Shown piece after piece: positions 1-11,087 of a stretch of DNA of 64,000 nucleotides; within the stretch, counting starts at the first letter, position 1, and the number at the start of each line of letters is the position of its first letter. The stretch is from Hyalangium minutum. Its GTDB lineage: Bacteria > Myxococcota > Myxococcia > Myxococcales > Myxococcaceae. Where the stretch lies: assembly GCF_000737315.1 (NCBI RefSeq), contig NZ_JMCB01000008.1:186001-250000 (forward strand), in the 5' to 3' direction. Both the position numbers and the translations under genes were made by a program. Under the pieces are notes generated by a model that did not search any database, was not told the origin of the DNA, and saw only the letters and a list, made by a program, of their open reading frames with translations.

Positions 1-2
1 AG

Positions 3-308
<306 letters not shown>

Positions 309-345
309 TCGCCCCCTCGCCTGGCGCCTCGCGCGCCTGGTGGGC

Positions 346-389
346 ACGGCCTCCGGTTCCTTCGTGGAGCCGGGGGCCGTCTGCTTTTT
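346..389 (+). terminator. Rho-independent terminator after groEL
   Basis: Stem ACGGCCTCCGGTTCC / GGAGCCGGGGGCCGT with a short loop, followed by CTGCTTTTT. Confidence 0.7.
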
Positions 390-454
390 CGGGGAAGGTG
401 GCGCGCCGCTGCCCTGCCTCTTAGCTTTGCTGGAAGACGAACAGGAGGACTGCC

Positions 455-712
455 GTGAAGCCGGTGAAGATCTACACCACCAACTACTGTGGCTACTGCG
501 TCCGGGCGAAGGACCTGCTCAAGCGCAAGGGCGTGAATTACGAGGAAGTGGACGTCACCGGCAACGACGACATGCGCACCCAGCTCGTGGAGATGAGCGG
601 CGGCCAGCGCACGGTGCCGCAGATCTTCATCGGCGACACCCACGTGGGCGGCTACTCCGACTTGGCAGAGTTGGACCGCAACGGCCGCCTGGACCCGATG
701 CTCCAAGGCTGA
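455..712 (+). CDS. grxC: Glutaredoxin 3
   Basis: CGYC active site, TVPQIFI and GGYSDL motifs, 85 aa, GGAGG RBS. Confidence 0.93.
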   Translation: MKPVKIYTTNYCGYCVRAKDLLKRKGVNYEEVDVTGNDDMRTQLVEMSGGQRTVPQIFIGDTHVGGYSDLAELDRNGRLDPMLQG

Positions 713-801
713 GCAAGCAGACAGGCAGTCAACCCCCTCGGCACGTCTCCGGGCGTGAATAGCTTCCTGGGAAGGACAAAAACCTACCCAGGAGGAAGCA
801 C

Positions 802-1197
802 ATGGCCGGTGAAGAGCGACAGACGGGGACCCGTGACGAGCACTACAACCTGATCAGCGCGCTGTACCACCTGCTCAAGGGTGCCTCGACGGCGGAGCAG
901 TACATCCAAGACGCCCAGGAGGCAGGCGATCAGGAACTCGTGCAGTTCTTCAAGGATTGGCAGGACGAGCAGCGCAACTTCTCCGAGCGCGCCAAGAACC
1001 TGCTCAGCGGCCGGATGACCCATGCCCGCGCCGGCGTCGGAGCCGGCAAGAAGGCCGCCGGTGCCAAGCGCGAGACGCGCGAGATGAGGGACGTCACCAA
1101 CGCCAACGTGAGGTCCGGCGGCAACGCGAAGGACGACATCGTGGACGAGCAGTCCAAGGAGTCCTTCCCCGCCAGTGACTCGCCCGCGAAGTACTAG
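802..1197 (+). CDS. Small ferritin-like/stress hypothetical protein
   Basis: AGGAGG RBS; helical YNLISALYH...YIQDA...ELVQFF; C-terminal DEQSKESFPASD motif. Confidence 0.7.
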   Translation: MAGEERQTGTRDEHYNLISALYHLLKGASTAEQYIQDAQEAGDQELVQFFKDWQDEQRNFSERAKNLLSGRMTHARAGVGAGKKAAGAKRETREMRDVTNANVRSGGNAKDDIVDEQSKESFPASDSPAKY

Positions 1198-1262
1198 CCC
1201 GAGGGCTCGGCCCGCGGAGTCCTGCTGGATTCCGCGAGGCCGATGGTCTTGACTCACCGGCC

Positions 1263-2285
1263 GTGAACCGTGCCGGACCGCTTCTCGTGGGTGCCCTCCT
1301 GCTGCTGGCCCTCACGGGTGCTGCGTGCAGCTCGGGGTACAAGATTCAGCGTGATGTGCCCGCGGAGCTGTCCGCCTCCGCGGTGATGGTCTACCCCTTC
1401 CAGTTCCGGTGGCCGGAGCGCGCGTATCGCTCCTTCGAGCTGTCCCAGCGGCTCATCGACGTGGCCCTTGCCGAGGCTGGTGAGAGGGCCCTCTTCTTCG
1501 GCCCCTCCGAGTTCAAGGTCTACCGTCCGGACGACAACAACGCCTGGGCGGCCAGCACCGCCGTGCCCCTGCTGGTGCCCTACAGCGTCCGCCCCGAGCA
1601 GGCCTTGGTGCTTCGTTCCTGGGCGGAGCGCCGCGTCCAATCGGGGCAGCGCGAGCTGCTCGACGACAAGGGCCGCCCCATGGGCCAGAGCACCGTGGAG
1701 GAGACGACGTACCTGGGCCACGTGGAGGTGCTGCACCCCTCGACTCAGCGCCGGGTGCTGGAGATCTCCGGCGAAGTCCAAGCAGATCCCTTCGCCGAGC
1801 GCACGGATGACGGCGCGGATCCGGCGCCCGAGCTCACCGTCCTCATGGAGAAGCTCACCCGGCAGGCGCTGCAGGCCCTGAAGGAGCACCTGCACGCTCC
1901 CCGAGCGCCCTCCCCTGCCCCCGCCACGGTGGCGAGCATCCCCTGGCAGGCCTTCGAATATGCAGACGAGGGGCGCCCGGCCCACGTGGGGGCGCTGGCA
2001 TCGATGGATCCGCTGGATGCCGAGTTACTCCGCCAGCAGCGCTTGCGTTTCGCCAATCCTGGAGTGGAAACACCCGTGCTGGATCGCCTGGCCCGGCTCC
2101 CCGCCGGACTGTACGTCCTGTCCTCACCCGAGGGCGGAAAGCTGTCCGTAGGGGACCTCTTGCTGCAGGTTGATGGCCAGCCCGCCCTCCCCCAGGTGTT
2201 GGCTCGGACACGGCTGGCGCCCACCCCTGCCCAGATTCAGATCCGTCGAGCAGCGGGGGGAACCTTCCAGATTCTCCTGCCCTGA
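1263..2285 (+). CDS. Hypothetical lipoprotein with possible degenerate PDZ-like C-terminus
   Basis: Signal peptide with lipobox TGAAC; C-terminal LSVGDLLLQVDGQP resembles a PDZ strand. Confidence 0.7.
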   Translation: MNRAGPLLVGALLLLALTGAACSSGYKIQRDVPAELSASAVMVYPFQFRWPERAYRSFELSQRLIDVALAEAGERALFFGPSEFKVYRPDDNNAWAASTAVPLLVPYSVRPEQALVLRSWAERRVQSGQRELLDDKGRPMGQSTVEETTYLGHVEVLHPSTQRRVLEISGEVQADPFAERTDDGADPAPELTVLMEKLTRQALQALKEHLHAPRAPSPAPATVASIPWQAFEYADEGRPAHVGALASMDPLDAELLRQQRLRFANPGVETPVLDRLARLPAGLYVLSSPEGGKLSVGDLLLQVDGQPALPQVLARTRLAPTPAQIQIRRAAGGTFQILLP

Positions 2286-2383
2286 GTTTGTTTGTCTTGC
2301 CCCCCACGTCCAAACGCCCATAAACAGGGCCCCTCCAGAGCAAGACGGGCTGCTGTGGGCGGCCCGAGTCGAAGGCGAGCACC

Positions 2384-3772
<1,389 letters not shown>

Positions 3773-3804
3773 GCCCACACACCGCCACACTGAGGGGAGT
3801 ACAC

Positions 3805-4992
3805 ATGTTGCGCCGTCTCGCCATTGGAGCTGTCCTCGTCACCGCCGCCTGTGCCGGCCAGCAGAAGCAGGAGGCCGCCGCCGCTGCCGCCGCCACGGTG
3901 CAGGAGCGCATGCGCATTACCAACCAGCCCGTGTTCGACGTGGCCGTATGCCACCCGCGCGCGCTGGAGCTGCCCCAACCGCCGAACCAGGGCATCCTGG
4001 TGGGCGCGCTCGTGTCCACGCGCTCGCAGGTGATGGAGTGCCTGGTGGACCCGAAGGACCGCGGCCCCGCCACCACCACCAAGGTCACCATCAAGACCAC
4101 GGTGAACGACCAGGCCGCCACCCACACCGTCACCGGGGAGAACCTGACGCCCGAGGGCCAGGCGTGCGTGCAGAACGTGGTGAACAAGGCGGTGCCGGTG
4201 CAGCCGCTGGCCAAGGGCGGCACGCCGGTGGAGGCCGAGGCCTCCTTCATCCACGAGCTGAACAACAGCCCGGCGGTCTCCTTCGGCGTCAACGAGGGCT
4301 CGGACTTCTCGGGCGAGGTGCGCCTGGCCCAGCCACAGTGGTGCGACTGCTACGCGGCCTTCGCCACCCAGGCGCCTCCGGTGCTGACGGCGAAGATCAC
4401 CCTGAAGAAGGCCTCCCCGACGGCGGCGGATGTGACGTTCGAGCCGAGCGGCAACACCGAGGGCGACCAGCTGGCGGCCTGCCTGAAGCAGAAGATTCTG
4501 ACGCTGCCGGCGAAGGTGAGCTCGGACGAGCTGAGCTTCCCGCACCGCTTCGTGCACTTCCACGCGCAGGCCACGGAGCCGGCGGCCAACCTGCCGCCCG
4601 AGCTGCGCTTCTACCAGCTGGAGCTGGTGCGCGGTCAGCGCGCGGCGGACTCGGCGATTGCCTTCGGCCAGCGCGCCAACGCAGCCGAGGCGTATGACGC
4701 CATCGTCGCCAAGTACCAGAAGTCGAAGGACTGGAAGCTGGTGCCCGAGCTGAAGGAGAAGTGCGCGGCGCTGGTGAAGTCGGCGGACGGCTGGATCAGC
4801 GCCATCGAGGCGCAGCAGGCGGCGGAGCAGGCCACGGTGACGCTGGTGCAGGAGCTGAAGGCCAAGGACGAGGGCTGGACCGCGGTGGAGGCCAAGAGCC
4901 AGGAGGCGCTGACGGCCACCCAGAAGGACCTGGAGACGGCCAAGCAGCGCCGCCAGGCCGACGAGGGCGCCTGCCCCAAGGAGCGCAAGTAG
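3805..4992 (+). CDS. Hypothetical lipoprotein
   Basis: Lipobox VTAAC, RBS GAGGGGAG, typical GC3-biased codons, 395 aa. Confidence 0.8.
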   Translation: MLRRLAIGAVLVTAACAGQQKQEAAAAAAATVQERMRITNQPVFDVAVCHPRALELPQPPNQGILVGALVSTRSQVMECLVDPKDRGPATTTKVTIKTTVNDQAATHTVTGENLTPEGQACVQNVVNKAVPVQPLAKGGTPVEAEASFIHELNNSPAVSFGVNEGSDFSGEVRLAQPQWCDCYAAFATQAPPVLTAKITLKKASPTAADVTFEPSGNTEGDQLAACLKQKILTLPAKVSSDELSFPHRFVHFHAQATEPAANLPPELRFYQLELVRGQRAADSAIAFGQRANAAEAYDAIVAKYQKSKDWKLVPELKEKCAALVKSADGWISAIEAQQAAEQATVTLVQELKAKDEGWTAVEAKSQEALTATQKDLETAKQRRQADEGACPKERK

Positions 4993-5048
4993 CCGCTCGG
5001 AAGTGAAAGAGGCCCCCGCCACAAGCTGCCGGAGGCCTCGAAACGGAG

Positions 5049-5084
5049 AAGGCGCGGGACCCATTCAGGGGCCCGCGCCTTTTT
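5049..5084. terminator. Bidirectional terminator between the convergent lipoprotein gene and smc
   Basis: AAGGCGCGGG...CCCGCGCCTT stem followed by a T run. Confidence 0.75.
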
Positions 5085-5103
5085 CGTGGCACAGCGAGGG
5101 AAA

Positions 5104-8100
5104 TCAGGCGGCGGTGACGTTGTCGTTGGCCGCGGTGGCCTCGCGGATCTTCACGCTCACCAGCTTGGAGATGCCGGGCTCCTCCATCGTCACGCCGTAC
5201 AGCGTGTCAGCCACCTCCATGGTCCGCTTGTTGTGGGTGATGAGGATGAACTGCGACTGGCGGCTCATCTCCTTCACCATCTCGTTGTAGCGGCCCACGT
5301 TGCCCTCATCCAGCGGCGCGTCGACCTCGTCCAGGAGGCAGAACGGCGTCGGCTTGATGAGGAAGATGCCGAAGATGAGCGCCACGGCCGTGAGCGCCTT
5401 CTCGCCACCCGACAGCAGGTTCACGCTCTGCAGCTTCTTGCCCGGCGGCTGAGCGACGATTTCCACGCCCTGCTCGGCGCCCGGGCCCTCGTTGGTGAGC
5501 ACCAGGCTGGCGCGCCCACCGCCGAACAGCCGCGGGAACACCGCCTGGAACTTCTCGTTCACCACGTCGAACGTCTGCTTGAAGCGCTCGCGGCTCGTGG
5601 AGTCGATGCGGGAGATGGCCTCCTTGAGATGCTCCAGCGTCGCCATCAGGTCCTTCTTCTGATTCGCCAGGAAGTCGAAGCGCTTGGTCAGCTCCGCGTG
5701 CTCCTCGATGGCCGTGAGGTTGATCTCCCCCATCTTCTCCACCTGGGCCCGCAGCTCCTTCAGCTCCTCCTGGACCTCGGGTGCCAGCGGCGCCAGCAGG
5801 TGGTAGCGGTGCAGCTCCAGCTCCAGCTCCACCTGGTGCCGCTCGCGGATGCCCGCGCCCAGGTGCTCCAGTTCCAGCGCAATCTCGCGCTCCTTCAGCG
5901 AGATCTGCGACAAGCCCTGCATCAGCTCGTCCAGCCGGCCACGCAGCTCGCGGAACACCGTGTCCTGCTCACGCACCTCGGTAGAGGCCGCAGCGTGCCC
6001 GGTACGGCGGCCCTCGAGCGTCTCCGCCGCCTGGCGGTGCTCCTCGGACCGCTTCCCACGCCCGCCCTCCGTCTCCTCGATCTTCCGCGTCAGCTCGTCC
6101 GTGCGAGCCGTCCCCTCGCCCACCGTCGCCCGGAGGCGGTAGATGCGCTCCTCCATCTCCTTGCGCTGGGAGATGAGGCTCTCCAGCTCCTTGCGCGCCG
6201 ACTCGCCGCGCTCGCTGCCCGCGGCCACCTTGATGCGCAGGCCCATCAGCTCCGCGGACGCCGTGTCCGAGCGCTGCTTCAGCGACTCCAGCTCGGCCGA
6301 CAGCTGCCGCACGCGCTCCTCGCGGCCCTCGCGATCCGCCTGCCCGTGAGCCACCTCGCCCCGGCTGTTCTCCTCCTCGTGCACCAGCGCCCCGTGTGAG
6401 TGCGCCAGCTGCGTCTCGTCCGCCTCCACCGCCGTGAGCCGCTCGCGCACCCGGGCCAGGTCCTCGCTGGCCTTGTGCAGATCCTTCTCCTGGTTGGCCA
6501 GGTTCAGCTCCTCGGCGTGCTGGTTCTTCGCCAGCCCCTTGAGCACGTTCTCCGCCTGGCCCATCTGCTTCTGGAGCGTGTAGTGCCGGGTGAGGATCTC
6601 GTTGTAGCGCTCCTCCACCTGGGCCACCTGGGCGCTCAGCTCGGCGATCTCGCGCTTCTTCTGCAGCGCGCCCACGGCCGCGCCCTCGCGCTCACCGCCC
6701 GTGAGCGTGCCGTCCGCGCGCACCACCTCGCCCTCCAGCGTGACGAGCGTGCACTGCGGGCCGCCCGCCGCCGCGTACGCTCGCGCGGACTCCAGATCCT
6801 GGACGATGACCACGTCGCCCAGGAGCAGCCGAACCACCGGCTGGAGCGCCTCCTCGTACTTCACCTCGGCGTAGGCGCTGCCCAGCACGCCGGGCCGGCT
6901 GAAGTCCGGCTCCACCACGGCCGCATCGAGGCGCGGCACCGGCAGGAAGCTGCCCCGGCCCTCCGAGGCCGTCCGCAGGTACTCCACCAGCTCGAAGCCC
7001 TTGTCCGGGCTCTCGACGATGACGTGCTGGAGCCGCTCGCCCAGCGCCGCCTCCACCGCCCGCTCGAAGCGCGGCGGAGCCGTGAGCACGTCCGCCACCA
7101 GGCCGAAGATGCCCTGCTCGCGGAACTGCTGCCCTGCGCGCATCATCACCGCGCGCACGCCGCGATCGAAGCCCTCGTAGTTCTTCTGCAGTTCCTCCAG
7201 CGAAGCCATGCGGCTGCGCTTGTCGGCCAGCTCCTCACGGAGGCTGATGACGTGGAGCTCGCTCTCGGTGAACTCGGCCCGGGTGCGCGCCAGCGCCTCC
7301 TCCTCGTGCGTCTTGCGCTCGGCCAGCTCCAGCGCGTTGTGGCGGCTCTCCTCCACCTGCTGCAGCACCGTGGAGCGGCTGCGCTCCAGCTCCTGCTCCT
7401 GGGCGCGCAGGGTCTCGGCCTCCGCGCGGATCTTCTCGCGGCGGGCCTCCAGGTCCGTGCGCTGCCGGGCCAGGTTCACCAGGTTGGACTCGTGGTTGGC
7501 CAGACGCGCCGCCACGGCCACCAGGGCGGCCCGCTCCTGCTCCAGCCGCATCCCCACTTCCGTCTGCAGCTGAGTGGTCCGGCGCAGCTCCTCCTGCGCC
7601 ACCTGCATCGCAACCTCGTCCTCCTTCCACGACCCGGCGATGCCCGACAGCTCCGCCTCGCGGGCGGCCATGGTGTCGGCCACCTCCGCCTGGCGGGCCA
7701 GCAGCGCGTTCAGCTCGCCCTCGGCCTGGTGGACGCGGGTGCTCGTCTCCTCGAGGTCCTTGCGCCAGTAGGCCAGGTCCTGGTCATCGCGCTGCACCGC
7801 GCGCTCCAGGGCGTGGACCTCGCTGGCCAGCTTCTGGAGGGCCTCGGCCTCGGCGTCCAGCCCGGCGCGGCGCTGGGTGATGCCCTCCTCCAGCTCGCGC
7901 ACCCGGTCGATGTTCTCGCGCTCCTCGGAGCTCAGGCTCTCCAGGCGCAGCTGGAGCACCTTCTTCTCCGACTGCAGCTCCAGGTAGCGGTGCGAGGCGG
8001 CGTGCAGGTCAATCTCCCGCATGCGCGACTTGAGCTTCTTGTACTTCTCGGCCTTCTTCGCCTGCCGGGACAGCGTGTCGAGCCGCTTCTCCAGCTCGTT

Positions 8101-8697
8101 GGTGATGTCCGTGACGCGCAGGAGGTTGGCCTCGGTGGCCTCCATCTTGCGCTCGGCCGCCTTGCGCCGGGTCTTGTACTTCGTAATCCCGGCGGCCTCC
8201 TCGATGATGCTGCGGCGGTCCTCCGGCTTGCTGGAGACGATGAGGCCCACGCGGCCCTGCTCGATGATGGAGTAGGCCTTGGTGCCCACGCCGGTGCCCA
8301 GCAGCATCTCCGTAATATCGAGCAGGCGGCAGGTGGTCTTGTTGATGAGGTACTCGGACTCGCCGTTGCGGAACAGGCGCCGGGTGACGGTGATCTCCGG
8401 GAAGCCCTGATACTGGGGCGCGAGCTGATCCGCCTCCTCAATGGTGAAGGTGAGGGACACCTCGGCCATGGAGAGCGGCGGCTTGTTCTCCGAGCCGTTG
8501 AAGATGACGTCCTCCATGCCGCGGCCACGGAGGTTCTTGGCGCTTTGCTCGCCCATGGCCCAGCGGATGGCGTCCACCACGTTGGACTTGCCGCAGCCGT
8601 TGGGGCCAACGATGCCGGTGACACCGTCATCGAAGCTGAAGACGCTGCGCTCCATGAAAGACTTGAAGCCGGTAATGTCCAGGCGCTTGATTCGCAT
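5104..8697 (-). CDS. smc: Chromosome segregation protein SMC
   Basis: MRIKRLDITGFKSF start, Walker A GPNGCGKSN, hinge, LSGGE signature, LDEVDAPLD Walker B; start placed at ATG 8697. Confidence 0.98.
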   Translation of the reverse strand: MRIKRLDITGFKSFMERSVFSFDDGVTGIVGPNGCGKSNVVDAIRWAMGEQSAKNLRGRGMEDVIFNGSENKPPLSMAEVSLTFTIEEADQLAPQYQGFPEITVTRRLFRNGESEYLINKTTCRLLDITEMLLGTGVGTKAYSIIEQGRVGLIVSSKPEDRRSIIEEAAGITKYKTRRKAAERKMEATEANLLRVTDITNELEKRLDTLSRQAKKAEKYKKLKSRMREIDLHAASHRYLELQSEKKVLQLRLESLSSEERENIDRVRELEEGITQRRAGLDAEAEALQKLASEVHALERAVQRDDQDLAYWRKDLEETSTRVHQAEGELNALLARQAEVADTMAAREAELSGIAGSWKEDEVAMQVAQEELRRTTQLQTEVGMRLEQERAALVAVAARLANHESNLVNLARQRTDLEARREKIRAEAETLRAQEQELERSRSTVLQQVEESRHNALELAERKTHEEEALARTRAEFTESELHVISLREELADKRSRMASLEELQKNYEGFDRGVRAVMMRAGQQFREQGIFGLVADVLTAPPRFERAVEAALGERLQHVIVESPDKGFELVEYLRTASEGRGSFLPVPRLDAAVVEPDFSRPGVLGSAYAEVKYEEALQPVVRLLLGDVVIVQDLESARAYAAAGGPQCTLVTLEGEVVRADGTLTGGEREGAAVGALQKKREIAELSAQVAQVEERYNEILTRHYTLQKQMGQAENVLKGLAKNQHAEELNLANQEKDLHKASEDLARVRERLTAVEADETQLAHSHGALVHEEENSRGEVAHGQADREGREERVRQLSAELESLKQRSDTASAELMGLRIKVAAGSERGESARKELESLISQRKEMEERIYRLRATVGEGTARTDELTRKIEETEGGRGKRSEEHRQAAETLEGRRTGHAAASTEVREQDTVFRELRGRLDELMQGLSQISLKEREIALELEHLGAGIRERHQVELELELHRYHLLAPLAPEVQEELKELRAQVEKMGEINLTAIEEHAELTKRFDFLANQKKDLMATLEHLKEAISRIDSTSRERFKQTFDVVNEKFQAVFPRLFGGGRASLVLTNEGPGAEQGVEIVAQPPGKKLQSVNLLSGGEKALTAVALIFGIFLIKPTPFCLLDEVDAPLDEGNVGRYNEMVKEMSRQSQFILITHNKRTMEVADTLYGVTMEEPGISKLVSVKIREATAANDNVTAA

Positions 8698-9014
8698 CCC
8701 GTGGGGCTCCTGTGGGCTTGGTGCGCGTGAGGTGGGAAATCGCTCCAAGGCCGAAAAATCGGCCCCGGAATGTGGTCAGAAGTACCAGTCACAGGTGGCC
8801 AGATCAAGCGTGACCATGCACCGTGTGACCCTACATTTCGAAAGGTGCCCTGTACCGGCGGTGATCAGCGGAGCGTGCAGGTAAGGGGTTGAAAAGTGAG
8901 AGATGCACCCTACCTTTCCGGTGATCTTTCTGGAGGAAGCCTACGTTCGCGCCCTTTCTCGCCTTCTCGGTCCTCGTTGGAGCGACTCCTGCAGGTCTAC
9001 CCGACCGGTCTGAC

Positions 9015-9689
9015 ATGCCTGTAGCGGAGGGGGCCTGTCCGAACCCGTTCTTCCCTCTGGAGGAGGGGCTGAAGCTGACCTACCGGGCGGGATCCTCGGA
9101 GTTGACGATCTCGACCCGGGGGGTGACGTCCACCTCGGAGGGCCTCAAGGGACTCCTGGCGGTGGATCTGAAGGGCCGGAGTGGGGAGACGGAGGCCTTC
9201 TGTACCTCGGAGGGGGTACGCACGGGGCTTGGCGGCCTGGAGGGGACGCTGCTGTCAGCCTCGGGGATGAAGGTGGAGGTGGTCTCCGCCGAGGGAGTGG
9301 CCGTGCCGCCCGCCGCGCGCATGGTCCCTGGCTCGTCCTGGAAGAACTCTCTGTCGGTGAAGCTGCAGCCGCCGGAGGGCTCGAAGATGCCGGCCGGGAT
9401 GGTGCTCGCCAGCACGTTCGATAAGGAGGCGACCGTCCTCGGGGAGGAGGAAGTCACTGTCGGGGCGGGCACCTTCAAGGCGCTGAAGGTGAAGAACCTG
9501 ACAACGGCGCGGGCCAGCCGTGCCGGGGCTCAGGGGCGGTCCATCGAGAGCTTCATCTGGTTCGCGCCGGGGGTGGGCATCATCAAGGTGGCCACGGGCA
9601 ACAACACGGACCTGGAGCTGCTCAAGGTGGACCGGCCCGTGGCGGTGCAGAAGGCCCCGGCCAAGGCGAAGAAAAGCACGAAGCTCTGA
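9015..9689 (+). CDS. Hypothetical protein (DUF3108/TapB-like beta-rich)
   Basis: EEVTVGAGTFKALKV...WFAPGVGIIK motif; true start uncertain. Confidence 0.6.
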   Translation: MPVAEGACPNPFFPLEEGLKLTYRAGSSELTISTRGVTSTSEGLKGLLAVDLKGRSGETEAFCTSEGVRTGLGGLEGTLLSASGMKVEVVSAEGVAVPPAARMVPGSSWKNSLSVKLQPPEGSKMPAGMVLASTFDKEATVLGEEEVTVGAGTFKALKVKNLTTARASRAGAQGRSIESFIWFAPGVGIIKVATGNNTDLELLKVDRPVAVQKAPAKAKKSTKL

Positions 9690-9749
9690 ACCCTTGGCGC
9701 AAGCCTTGTGGCCGTAGCTTGATAGCTCCCCCGGATCGGAGGGAGCTCG

Positions 9750-11087
9750 ATGACGCTTCGCCATGCCATGGCAGCGGTGCTTGCGCTGCTCATGGCCGCT
9801 TGCAGCCCACAGCCCAAGGTGGTGCGGTTAATAAGCGGCCAGGGCGCCCCCGTTGTGCACGTTGCGCGTGCAGGCGTGGAGCCCGTGCAGGTGGACGACG
9901 ACAGCTTCGAGCAGGCGCTGGTCGAACATGGCCGAAGCATTCAGCCCTTCTCGGTGCCGCTCATGGAGGCACGCCGGTTATGGCGGGGGCCCCCTCCCGC
10001 AGAGCCCTATGCCCATGTGAGAGGACGCCTGGGCCTCGTGTCAGTCGGGTCAGCCCCCGAGGCCCCGCGAGTGCACCTGCTGCCTGAGTTGGCTCCTGCC
10101 GCAGCAGAGCTCAAGCGCTGCTACCTGCAGTGGTGCGGCCGCACTTGGGGTGAGGGGGACTGCCTGCGCCTGCTGGTGGACAAGCCCGAGTTGGACAACG
10201 ACGGCAAGTACACGCTGGCCATGGCCATCGCCCAGCGCCACGTGCTCGGTGAAATGAAGGACGCCTTCGGAGAGATGGTCAACCCGGTGGCGGTGTACGC
10301 GTCCATCACGAGCGCGATGACCGTGTACCTGCTCTTGTGGACGCTGCCCGAGCCGGTCTCCAAGGGACTCGCCGCGACCATGACGGTGGCGCTCATGGCC
10401 TACCTCGGCGTGGACACGGTGTGGCGGCTGATTGACGGATGGTTGGTGGTGGTCCGTGAGGTGGATCGAGCCACCACCTTCGAGGAGATCGAGGTGGCTG
10501 GAACGAAGTACGGCAAGACGATGGGCAGAACGGCCGCCAAGGCCTTCGTCATGCTGGCCACGGTGGCCGTGGGAAACACGGCCGCTGGCATGGCGTCGAG
10601 GCTGCCCACACTGCCTGGTGCGGGGCCAGCTGCCGTGCTCGCCGAAACGCAGCTGAATCTCCGGTATGCAGCGGCGGCCTCCCAGGTCGAAGCAGTCACC
10701 GTGTCGGCGGAAGGAGCCACCCTCACGCTGGCACCCGGCGCAGTGGCCATGGCAGCTCGAGGCGCCGGGAGCAGAAACAACAGCGTCTACCGCTCAGTGA
10801 GCCCCCAAGGGCAAGTCCAGTACGTGGGCATCACCAATAATGTCGCCAGACGCGCTGTCGAGCACCTCCGACAAAATGGATTCGATATCGATAAGTTGCT
10901 GGGCAATCTCTCCCGGGAGGATGCACGAGCGGTCGAGCAGGCCCTCATTGAAATCCACGGCCTTGGAAAGAACGGAGGAACGCTCTTGAACCGCATCAAC
11001 AGCATCGCGCGTACCCGTCCTGACTTCGCCGCGCTGTTGCGCAGAGGGCAGGAACTGTTGAACTCCATTGGGTACCGGGTGGAATGA
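9750..11087 (+). CDS. SitA5-like polymorphic lipoprotein toxin with GIY-YIG-like C-terminal nuclease
   Basis: Lipobox LMAAC; myxobacterial escort region (YLQWC...GDCL...LPEPVSKG...ATTFEE); C-terminal VYRS...QYVGITNN...RR..EH. Confidence 0.85.
   Translation: MTLRHAMAAVLALLMAACSPQPKVVRLISGQGAPVVHVARAGVEPVQVDDDSFEQALVEHGRSIQPFSVPLMEARRLWRGPPPAEPYAHVRGRLGLVSVGSAPEAPRVHLLPELAPAAAELKRCYLQWCGRTWGEGDCLRLLVDKPELDNDGKYTLAMAIAQRHVLGEMKDAFGEMVNPVAVYASITSAMTVYLLLWTLPEPVSKGLAATMTVALMAYLGVDTVWRLIDGWLVVVREVDRATTFEEIEVAGTKYGKTMGRTAAKAFVMLATVAVGNTAAGMASRLPTLPGAGPAAVLAETQLNLRYAAAASQVEAVTVSAEGATLTLAPGAVAMAARGAGSRNNSVYRSVSPQGQVQYVGITNNVARRAVEHLRQNGFDIDKLLGNLSREDARAVEQALIEIHGLGKNGGTLLNRINSIARTRPDFAALLRRGQELLNSIGYRVE

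Noticed and set aside
6400-8730. 776-aa plus-strand ORF and many other long antisense ORFs (e.g. 2237-3790, 18951-20348, 38200-39864, 46629-48500, 57831-60113)
   Set aside because: Shadow frames of high-GC genes on the opposite strand; no motifs, and Arg/Leu/Gly/His-rich composition
8698-8748. 17-aa N-terminal extension of SMC and similar extensions given for murA, ruvB, dps, yceI, DUF692 and the ECF gene
   Set aside because: Downstream starts match family N-termini and/or have better RBS
8700-9014. Riboswitch or CRP/MrpC-type sites between smc and the divergent gene
   Set aside because: Several TGACC/GTCACA half-sites but no canonical spacing and no recognisable RNA motif
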